Shown here: positions 25,594 to 36,406 of the stretch, piece after piece
Layout of the letters: each line of letters begins with the position of its first letter
Numbering within the stretch: position 1 is the stretch's first letter
Origin: Mobula hypostoma
Taxonomy: Eukaryota
Assembly (NCBI RefSeq): GCF_963921235.1
Contig: NC_086108.1
Location: forward strand, 71,240,001 to 71,304,000
Reading direction: 5' to 3'
DNA length: 64,000 bases
Notes under the pieces: generated by a model
The model's input: only the letters and a program-made list of their open reading frames with translations
The model's database searches: none
What the model was told of the DNA's origin: nothing
Made by a program: the position numbers and the translations under genes

Positions 25594-26473
25594 GATGCTA
25601 AGAGGATGCAGGGTGACTTGGATAGGTTGGGTGAGTGGGCAAATTCATGGCAGATGCAATTTAATGTGGATAAATGTGAAGTTATCCACTTTGGTGGCAA
25701 AAATAGGAAAACAGATTATTATCTGAATGGTGGCCGATTAGGAAAAGGGGAGGTGCAACGAGACCTGGGTGTCATTATACACCAGTCATTGAAAGTGGGC
25801 ATGCAGGTACAGCAGGCAGTGAAAAAGGCGAATGGTATGCTAGCATTTATAGCGAGAGGATTCGAGTACAGGAGCAGGGAGGTACTACTGCAGTTGTACA
25901 AGGCCTTGGTGAGACCACACCTGGAGTATTGTGTGCAGTTTTGGTCCCCTAATCTGAGGAAAGACATCTTTGCCATAGAGGGAGTACAAAGAAGGTTCAC
26001 CAGATTGATTCCTGGGATGGCAGGACTTTCATATGAAGAAAGACTGGATGAATTGGGCTTGTACTCGTTGGAATTTAGAAGATTGAGGGGGGATCTGATT
26101 GAAACGTATAAGATCCTAAAGGGATTGGACAGGCTAGATGCAGGAAGATTGTTCCCGATGTTGGGGAAGTCCAGAACGAGGAGTCACAGTTTGAGGATAG
26201 AGGGGAAGCCTTTTAGGACCGAGATTAGGAAAAACTTCTTCACACAGAGAGTGGTGAATCCGTGGAATTCTCTGCCACAGGAAACTGTTGAGGCCAGTTC
26301 ATTGGCTATATTTAAGAGGGAGTTAGATATGGCCCTTGTGGCTACGGGGGTCAGGGGGTATGGAGGGAAGGCTGGGGTGGAGTTCTGAGTTGGATGATCA
26401 GCCATGATCATAATAAATGGCGGTGCAGGCTCGAAGGGCCGAATGGCCTACTCCACCTATTTTCTATGTTTCT
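25594..26473 (+). mobile_element. Young 5'-truncated CR1-clade LINE (intact ORF2 C-terminal part)
   Basis: Uninterrupted frame MQGDLDRLGEWANSWQMQFNVDKCEVIHFG...LYKALVRPHLEYCVQFWSP...FFTQRVVNPWNSLP; tail TTTCTATGTTTCT; possible TSD ATAAG at 25589-25593 and 26474-26478. Confidence 0.93.
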
Positions 26474-26478
26474 ATAAG

Positions 26479-26735
26479 TTGTTGTCAATCACCCCTATTG
26501 GGACATAGGCTGTTGACAGCAATTCACCTGATTCCTCTACCCTGGACCAGTCTTTCAAGTTGTCCACAGATGTAGCCTAACATCGAAGACCCTTTCTCTT
26601 GCAGGATGAGGTCTTTGGAGCTTCTGTTGGCATTTCTGGAGCTCTGGGTTTTTACGAGATGGAGTAGCGAGCCCCATGCACAATTCTCTTCCTTTCGCAG
26701 CCGGGCTTGGGGCCATCTATGGTGGAGCTAACGAC
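26479..26735 (-). mobile_element. Short RTE-derived non-autonomous element
   Basis: Minus strand carries the RTE 5'UTR-like GGGGCTCGCTACTCCATCTCGTAAAAA and a 3' end CCTATGTCCCAATAGGGGTGATTGACAACAAC. Confidence 0.55.
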
Positions 26736-29700
26736 TGCATAGGCCCATTTTTGTATTTTAGAAGCAAGCAGTTCAGTTTAGAGTTTGAAAATAAATGTTA
26801 TTTAACATCTCCAAATCTTTTCTATCTTTTAAATAAATTAAGAGAACTAGGACTAGAAATTGTAATTTAAACTTGCAGGAATCGTATCTGTTTGTCCTGT
26901 GTATTCTTTGTCAGTGACATAATGACTTCAGCTCTTAGAGCTGAACTGTCCCTCAAATCCAATCTCTTCTGGATGTCATTGCACAGTATTGTGAAAGTTA
27001 AGGCAATACGTGTCCAAGCACGTGAAAGTGATCACTGTTCCCAAAATACGCTCACTGAATCTCCATCAACCTGACCAGGCTCATTCCCCAATACAATGGC
27101 CCCGTCTCAAGTAAGATTATCTGCATATTGTTTCAAGATTCACCACAATCTGTCCCATCTAAGGTTTCGCCTCAAAGGGAGTCTTAGTAAATATAGGAGA
27201 AATTTAACCACAACTGTGGTGTTCTCACGTGCAATTGTGTGCCAGTACATGATTGGACAGAGCACTGAGCATTCGCGGAATTGCCAGAATGTTTCAGCAC
27301 GTGGCTTGGTTAAGACGTGTGTGTTTATCACTGTAAATAAAAGTTCTCTAATTCTTCCAGAATATGATTCTTTACTGTTAACTCACGGTACGTTTAAATA
27401 GAAGTAGCATAACAACAACTATCCAGTTGCTTTTATATCCTTCCATAATCTGCCTAAATATCTGTTCATCTGTCTCTTGCTGGCTATTGGAAGGCCTAGA
27501 GCAATGATTGCACCTTTCTTATTTGTGAAATGTCCCCATTTTGGCTCACTGCCTGATTGTGTCCTTCACCCTGCACTCACCATGTTCAGTCTTATCATAT
27601 TTTACCAAGTGCCTCATCTTGTAGGCCTGACTCAGTATCAAAAACCGCATTTCTCACCTTCTCATGACCTGTCATCCCTCTATGTGCCACTCCTGCATAC
27701 CTCACTCTGTGATGGATGTATGAAATGTGTAATGGGTTTATTTGTCCTTGAAAAGAGATATAGGGGAGAAGAGTGTCCTATTTTTTTCACAGCAAGTAAC
27801 AAAATCCAGGTGTTGGCAAGTAACTAAATGCAGGTAAGGTTACTGATTAGTGGCGTTTTCCACTGCCAATGCAATTACGTTATTTATGCTGTGTACTGAA
27901 GCAGAGAGTCAATGGTACAGCAGTGATTGTCCCCAGTTTGAATAATTATCCATTGCTACCTTTGCAGGAAACATACCAATAGAAGAATTGGAAAATCTTG
28001 CTAGCAGTTTAATTAAAGGTATTTACAGGTAAAGACTATATATACAATAGGGACAAATATAAATTGTTTTATGTATAAAGGGTTTTATGTACATTCTACT
28101 GTGTTTCTTTGTTTTGTGGTTGCCTGCAAGAAGATGAATCTCAAGGTTGTTTATGGTTTATGTACATATGTTGATAATAAATTTACTTTGAAACTTTATT
28201 TGAGTAATAAACCCTCACAGTCACCTCATTATTGGAATCTGCTCAGCCTGATCCTACCACCTCTACACAGTATCAGCTATTATAATCATGCATGAAATAT
28301 CTTGAAAACGCATTGCATGATTCTTTGATGCCCTGTCTCTTGTAGAACAAGGAAATAGGCAACAGGACTCAGCTGGGCTGGACCGGCAGTGATGATCATC
28401 ATTAGAATGGCCATAGCTCCAGTGTCTGGTCAAAAAGCACTGAGGAGGTGACATCGACACCATGAACAATATGATGGCGCCAGGCCAGTTTGAAAAGGTC
28501 AGCATGTCGGGGCCGAGGCGAGGGACGAGCCAGTTTAGCATGCTGCTTCACGACTCGGCTCTGCGCTGAACTATGAATGCTCAAATATGGGACTCTCTTT
28601 GCGGGCTTCAGTTCAGAACGCTATTACCTTGTGATTACTGATTGCATGACATGTGTTCTCTCTCTGCACATTGGCTGTTCCGTTTTTTTAAAGGTTCTTT
28701 TTGGGGTTTCTTTGTTTTGTGACTGCCTGTTAGGAGATGAATGTCAATGTTGTATAATGTGCACATATTTTGATAATAAATGCACTTTGAACTTTAAAAA
28801 TTGTCCGCAGAGTAAGCAAACCTCTCTTACATTCTCTTTCCACCTCTTGTACCTTTACCTTTTCAGATACACAAACACTGCAACCTGGATAGACAGTACA
28901 GCAAAGGTGAAAACCCACTGTCACCAGTTTAACATTTCCAGACATCAGCTCAGATACTTAGACAGGACTGGTACATAGTAATAGTTTGCAGCAGGGGCAA
29001 AGCGAAAGGATAGTAAAGGTCCACCATTCCAGAGAATGATGTTCGATATAAGTTCTGATGGAGAAAACTCAAAAGTAGACTTTGACAGGCAGGCTACAGA
29101 AGAAGAGAGATGGGTATGAATAATCAGATAGTGAACCGGGAAGCCCATCGTAGGATTGTGGTCCCTGCTAAAGTGCATGGAAGACTCCAAAATTAGTAAG
29201 GCAAAAGAGTTTGCTGAGATTGTGGACCCTACCCTTTCCATTATAGAAAAGGTGGATAGCTTTGTGAAACAGAATTCTGATACATGTCTGATGCCTGATG
29301 TCAGGGTCTATTGTAGGACAATAAGTAGAAGACACCCAACCTCTGAGTACTGGAATGGATAAGGTTCTTACTTCTGTACTACAAATTTATTTTTCTACCT
29401 TTGCAGGCTCAGAATGCTGCTGTTAGAGTTATAGATATCAGTGTAAAAGGAGATTCACCAAGTGTCATAGCAATTTAGAAGTCTCATCTGACAGATTACT
29501 AGGGCCACTTAGGCTTTGCCACAGGGGTTGACAATGCTTTGAGGAACATAACTATGCTGTCATTTTTCAGGATAAAAATATTCATCCTCCTAGCTGGTTA
29601 TGACACCCAAGCTCATGGACATCAAGTTGTAAGTCCAGGAATTGTGCCAACAGTTGCTATGCTCCATCCTGTACTCCAGATTGACTTTTGGCCCTTTGCA

Positions 29701-30580
29701 GCTGGTCCAAATATATGTGGATTTGTAGGACCGCAAGTGAAGAAATGAGACATGCGAAGTCTTCAGCATCTCATGGACCTAGTGCCCATCAACCTGTGTC
29801 AGTAGGTGATCACAGTTACTTAATAAAATATTTTATTGCATTTGCATAACATCTGAACAAATGCAAAATTTTGTTTAGTTAACTTTGCTGCTATACTTAT
29901 TTCTGTATCAGTTCCCTGCACCACAAAATACTTGTACTTCAGATACTGAGTAAATCCAGCCATTGTCAATATAAGATGAATAGAATAATTGGTAAACCTT
30001 CAACTGTGGGAATGAGATTTGACGCAAAAGAAACAGCTTTCACAAGAGCCCTTTCTCAAAATGCAAATTGCTTTTTGTAATCTGGTCAATAAGGTGAAAA
30101 CTAAAACTGTCAAAATGACTTCTGGAAAAATTTGATTGTTAAGTTTGGAAAGCAAATTTAAATTGCCGATCGCTGTTCTCGAGTGCTCTTTCACCTTCGA
30201 TTGCACTGAAACTATGCATTTCTAAAAGAATTATATTGATGTGAAATTGGAATCTGTTGTCATTCCTGAGACCTTTGCTTCATTTTTCAATATTTTTGGT
30301 AGAAGTGGTTCAGATTTTATTTTCAAAATTGTCCAATTAATGTCCCTTGTACTTATTCTTTCCAGCATCTCAACACTGTACATAAATTATGTTTTCTCTT
30401 GGCAGAAGAGATTCAGTGATCGCAATGGTATTGACTCATAGAACATAAAAGAGTATAGCCCAAGAAAAGCCTTTCGGTCCTTCATGCTTGTGCTGATCAT
30501 GATGCCAATCTAAACTAATTTCATTTGTCTGCACAAAATCCACAAGTCTCTATTCCATAATGATGTAACAAGTAACAGAA

Positions 30581-31984
30581 AGACAAAATACTCTGCAGAT
30601 GCTGGGGTCAAAGCAACACTCACAACATGCTGGAGGAACTCCGCAGGTTGGGCAGCATCCATGGAAACGATCAGTCAACGTTTCGGGCCGGAACCCTTCG
30701 TCAGGATTGAAGAGGAAAGGGGCAGAGGCCCTATAAAGAAGGTGGGGGGAGGGTGGGAAGGAGAAGGCTGGTAGGTTCCAGGTGAAAAACCAGTGAGGGG
30801 AAAGATAAAGGATCTTTATCCTTTAGAGTCTGTGCTCCAAACCTATTCTGGTACTGCGAAAATGAGATTTTCCGTTCCAGGACATCTCAAATGCCGTCTT
30901 TCTTTAAGGATCGTGGTTTCCCTTCCGCTGTCATCAATGATGCCTTCATCCGCATCTCCTCCATTTCCCGCACTTCGGCCCTCACCCCATCCTCCCACCA
31001 CCACCACAGGGACAGGGTTCCCCTTGTCCTCACCTACCACCCCACCAGCCTCCGGATCCAGCACATTATCCTCCACAACTTCTGTCAACTTCAACAGGAC
31101 CTCACCACTAAGCACATCTTTCCCTCTCCACCCCTCTCCGCTTTCCGCAGGGATTGGTCCTTCTGTGACTCACTTATCCGCACATTCATCCCCAAGGATC
31201 TCCCACCCAGCACTTATCCCTGTAAGCGTAAGTGCTACACCTATCCCTACACCTCGTCTCTTGCCACCATTCAGGGCCCCAAACAGTCCTTCCAAGTGAG
31301 GTAACACTTCAATTGTGAGTCTGTTGGGGTCATCTATTGCATCCAGTGCTCCTGGTGTGGCCTCCTCTACATCGGTGAAACCCGACGCAGATTGGGGGAC
31401 TGCTTCATCGAGCACCTCCGCTCTGTCCACCACAACAGACAGGATCTCCCGGTAGCCACCCACTTTAACTCTGTTTCCCACTCCCATTCAGATATGTCCA
31501 TACATGGCCTCCTCTACTGCCATGATGAGGATAAACTCAGGTTGGAGGAGCAACACCTCATATACCGTCTAGGTAGTCTCCAGCCCCTTGGTATGAACAT
31601 AGAATTCTCCAACTTCCGGTAATTCCCTCCCCCTCCCTTCCCCTATCCCTATGTCACTCTGCCCCCTCCCCCAGCTGCCTATCACCTCCCTCATGGTTCC
31701 GCCTCCTTCTGCTATCCATTGTGTTTTCCCCTATTCCTTCTTCACCTTTCCTGCCTATCACCTCCCTGCCTCCCTTCCCCACCCCTTTATCTTTCCCCTT
31801 ACTGGCTTTTCACCTGGAACCTACCAGCCTTCTCCTTCCCACCCTCCCCCCACCACCTTTATAGGGCCTCTGCCCCTTCCCCCTCTTCAGTCCTGACAAA
31901 GGGTTCTGGCCCGAAGCGTCGACTCATCGCTTCCACGGATGCTGCCCGACCCGCTGAGTTCCTCCAGCGTGTTGTGAGTGTTGC
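30581..31984 (+). mobile_element. Penelope-like element: RT C-terminus plus GIY-YIG endonuclease, with an inverted copy of its 3' end at the 5' side
   Basis: One frame ~30891-31622 with a single premature stop (31302-31304): FKDRGFP, RVPLVLTYHP, P.SAFRR, VIYCIQCSWCGLLYIGETRRRL...EHLRS...HFNS..H...GMN; inverted repeat 30613-30811 / 31784-31984. Confidence 0.9.
30672..30709 (-). ncRNA. Minimal type I hammerhead ribozyme motif (Penelope terminal repeat)
   Basis: CAATC-CTGACGA-AGGGTTCCGGCCC-GAAA-CGTT-GACTG. Confidence 0.6.
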
Positions 31985-32509
31985 AGAGGCTGCTCCAAGA
32001 ACATTGCAGCGGAGCTCCTGCGGACAGCAAAATAGACACAGCTTTGCTTGTTAGTATTACATCTGAGGCATAGGGCTTCAAATGATTGGAGGCATATTTA
32101 TAAATGATCAAGTCTATGAGGCTGACTGGAATGCAGTCTTATAGTGCACTTCATGTGGTCAATAGTGATGAGTAATTTGAATCCTCAAGTCTCTGATCAT
32201 CAGTGAAATAATGGGAATCAGCTTGCGGTGTGAGATAATGGGAATCAGTTTTGAATTACATCATGTGAGGTGATCGTCAGTGAGCATGTGAGTTCTCTTT
32301 ATAAGTGCTCACAGGTGTCTGTGGCTATAGGAATGCACGATTCTTACTTTCTGCAAACACAGTCATGATCAGCAGAGCCCAGTTGGATGAACTTGCCTGC
32401 TAGCCAACACCAAACTAGATTGATTGGACAGTCTCTGAGAGGTTTTATCTGTTATTGCTGTGTAAAGGAGAGAGCTTCTCCTGGTCTCAGAGATCTTCAG
32501 TCTCTCACT

Positions 32510-33470
32510 GATGCAGTCAGAGGTTCCCACTTGCTTCAAAAGGACGTCAGTCAAACTGATGCCCAGGAAGAACAGGGTGATCTGCCTCAAATACTATCAC
32601 CCAGTAGCATTTACATCTCCATGATGAAATGCTTTGAGAGGTTGTTCAGGGCTTGAATGAACTCTTGCCTAAGCAAGAATCTAGACCTGTTGCAATTTGC
32701 CTACCACCACAATAGGTTAACAATGGATGCAATCTCCCTGACTATCCACTCCATCTTGGACCACCTGGACAATAACAATACCAACGTCAGGCTGCTGTTT
32801 ATTGATTACAGCTCTGTGTATAAAACCATTATCCCTCAATACTAATAAACAAGTTTCAAATCCTGGGCCGCTGACCCTCCCTCTGCACCTGGATCTTTCA
32901 GTTAATCTTTGGGGACTACAGTGAGTGCAGATCAGAAAAAAAACATCTTCTCCTTGCTGACAATCAACACCTCAAGAATGTGTGCTCGGCCCACTGTTCT
33001 ACTCTCTCTAGGCACAGCTCAAACACCAACTATAAATTCACAGATGACTCAAATGTTGTTGGCAGAATCTCAGATGGTGACAAGGAGGCATAGAAGTGAG
33101 CTATATCGGCTCGTTGAGTGGTGACACAACAACAACCTTGGACTCAAAATCTGTAAGATCAAGGAATTGATTATGAACTTTAGGAAGATGAAGTTGGGAG
33201 AACACTTACACCAGTCCTCATCAAAGGTCAGCAGTGGAAAGAATGAGCAGCTTCAAGTTCCTGGGAATCATGCTCTCTGAAGATCTATCCTGGGCCCAAC
33301 ATATTGATGCAATTACGAAGAAGGCACGATGGCAGCTATGTTTCATTCGGAGTTTGAGGAAATTTGGTAAGTCACCAAAGACACTTGCGAATTTCTACAG
33401 GTGTACTGTGGAGAGCATTCTGACTGGTTGCATCACTGTCTGGTATGAAGGTGCCCATGTACAGGATTAA
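32510..33470 (+). mobile_element. Decayed Rex1/Babar LINE (RT region)
   Basis: MMKCFERL, LDLLQFAY, VRLLFIDYSS, FKFLGI..SEDLSWAQHID, FYRCTVESILTGCITVWY. Confidence 0.85.
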
Positions 33471-33666
33471 ACTTCTCACTATGTCTTCAGTGCATGGCAT
33501 TTGGTACTTTTACAATAAAACACAATATGGATTTGCACCTCATTTTCCATCTGGACACATTGCAGTTTTCTAAACTTGATTGAATTTAACCAATCCAAGT
33601 ACCGGTAACACACATCAAAGTTGCTGGTGAACACAGCAGGCCAGGCAGCATCTCTAGGAAGAGGTA

Positions 33667-33704
33667 CAGTCGACGTTTCAGGCCGAGACCCTTCATCAGG
33701 ACTA
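33667..33704 (-). ncRNA. Minimal type I hammerhead ribozyme motif with intact catalytic core, in a short Penelope-derived repeat (33606-33720)
   Basis: TAGTC-CTGATGA-AGGGTCTCGGCCT-GAAA-CGTC-GACTG: CUGAUGA and GAAA boxes, GUC cleavage triplet, stem I AGUC/GACU. Confidence 0.7.
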
Positions 33705-36406
33705 ACTGAAGGAAGAGTTAGTTTGGTACTTTGTTTTCTGTTCGTATCAGTTGATATTGGCGGAGTTTGTTTATTTTCATTGGCTTTTTTTTCTTGTTAT
33801 TCCTCTGAGAGTAGAGGACATGGAGGACATACCCAGTAATACCTGCTGGTTGTGGTTTTCTTGCTTTCCCTTTCATAACTCCCACATGCTTTTGCCTATG
33901 GTCTCTTGTATAAGCTCTCACTCCCTCACTGCTCCCATTCACTCACTGACTAGATGACCTGTTTAGAATGTGGTCACTCTGGTTTTAAGTCATCAGAGAC
34001 ATCCCTCCTCACCCAACCTCTCCTTCTCAGTTCTGACAAAGGGTTTCAAACCTGAAATGTTAACAAATGTGGTCAGACCTGCTGAGTACTTCCAGCATTT
34101 TTTTTATTATTTTAGATTTCCAGCTTTGAGGTTTTCTTTAGATTTTCACTTCCTTTGTCACCTCCCCACATGAGGGCTCAGAAAGGGCTCAAGCCTCATG
34201 CATGTGAATCTTGATGCATTAGGACAGCTTCCAATCTTTAGCTGATTGCTATAACACCATTCTATCCACATATTGTCATACAATTATTTTTAAAAAGGTT
34301 ATGGAATTTAGAATTTAATATTTCTATTTTTTTCTGTATTGTAGTAACTCATTAATAAGTAAATACAGATATCAACAAAATCAAAGCTGATCCTACCCTT
34401 GTTATTGAGGTCCCAAAGCATGTTCAAACCTTGCTGGTGAATTAAAAACAAAGGTAAAACTGAGAAGGCATAGGAAGGAAAGTTCAGAGAGATTCTTCCA
34501 AAGCCAACATCACTGAAGTTGTCGGAACTTTTTCCTTTGAGGAAATCTGATTTTATATCTGTCTGAGAACTTACAGCCTGCAGGGTAAACTTACATCTTT
34601 AGTTATTCTCAGTGAATAATTAGTTTTTTGATATTTGCACATTAAAGCCCCAGGATGTCCATGAGTGTATGTCACACATTCTGAACACTAATTAAAAAGC
34701 AAGTCACAACACAGATAAAATTAAAATATTAAGCTGCTGTAGGGGAATTACAGAGCAAATTTTCATCTATAGAAATTTAGGTTTATGCAGACAATAATGT
34801 CTTCTGCTGGTGAGAAGTAGCACTGAGTTAAGTTTTCAATTTGAAATGAACTATTTTGTTTTTAATTGACATTTTTATTTTCCTTCTTGTTTGCACATGT
34901 CAAATTTTACTAACCTTTGTGGGTGATTCAGCCTTTGAAGAATAAGGCTTGTTATGTTCTCTGTACTGTTTCTGGGTCTTCAGCAGTCTACTTCTCCTGA
35001 ATTGAGCTGAATTTAATGCAGACATCTGTGGTGCAGCCTGATTAGTGTAGAACATTGCTTCCGTCTGAAAGGTATAAATGCTTGACAAAAAAATCTCTGA
35101 CTGAGGACCATCTAAATTTAAATTCTCAGCAGTCAGTGAGACGTTGCATATTTGGTGTTTATCCTCATCATTAAATGAAGAAAAAGATGCTAGGAATTTG
35201 GAGCTACCCCTCATCTGCAGTCTATTTTTTGCTGGATATGCAGCAAAAATTCTGCATAAACTGTATTCATACTGCAAAGAACTGAAGCAGATTCTTCAGG
35301 ACTGAAGGACATTCTCTAAGATATTGTAGGCAGGAGGGGTTGCCGATGTTGAACAGATCTACTGGGCTCTGCACTAAACTGAGGGTTTGTGGTCAGATTT
35401 CTTTTCCTGGACTTCTATTTTGAATGCCATTTGCTTGCTTTTATTGTTTGCACGCTTTGGTTTATTTTCTCTTTGCACATTGGGTGTTTTGACCATCTTT
35501 TTTTAATGAGTTCTTTTGCTTTTCTGTTTTGTGGCTGCCAGTAAGGAGATAAATCTCAAGATTGTATAATATATACATACTTTAAAAATAAATGTTCTTT
35601 GATCTTTGAACTTTGAGATTTCCCCCTTGGATACATTGTCTACTGGATACATTTTTCTCTGCCTATCTATATGCTTTTGAGATTTGGTCAAAAGATAAAA
35701 GATACTAAAAGATACTACCAATCCTCTCTTCAAAATCTTCCAAATTCATCAGAAGGATAAATGAGCCTCTTCCAGGCAACATCCCCAGCATTGAAGCTAT
35801 AATTACAAGCAGAGTTGGGGTGAACAGATGTTCAGTTCAGGAAATACTAGAGAAATGTTGTGGAGATGATTGAAAGTGTTTTGAGGATTCATATCATCTC
35901 CCCAATATTCCCCAGCATGTGGGTTAGAGTGGGGAAAGGAAATTTTGTAAAGGCAATTGAGGTGGCCTTTAGGATATCACAGGGGAAAATGGTGGGATAA
36001 TCAGTAACTAGGAGTAGGCTAGGTATGTATAGAGCCTTTAAGTAACACCAAAAAGGGCTTTAAATAAGGTGTTTAAATAAGGCTTCTAAACTCAAGGCAA
36101 AACCTGCCTAGTTTTAAAGCTTAGTTACAGTATGTAACATAAAGTCATCAGAAGCTGACCTTCTTAGTTTAATATGTTAAACTGAGCAGGTAGCTAAGGA
36201 CACTAACTCCAAACAGGCATTCCTATTTTAAATTGGAAAAAAAACTGCAGATACTGAAAATCTGAAAATAAAAACAGAAGATGTCGTAGACACAAGAAAC
36301 TGCAGATGTTTAAATCTGAAGTGGTATAATGGAGATACAAGTGACTGCATACACACAGAAAAAAGATTAAATAAAAATACAGACATTTTGGTTCATCTGG
36401 TACTTG

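Noticed and set aside
25438..26388. Longest ORF (316 aa) as a host gene
   Set aside because: From ~25594 it is CR1 ORF2 C-terminus; the first ~50 codons are chance read-through from flanking DNA with a TTG start
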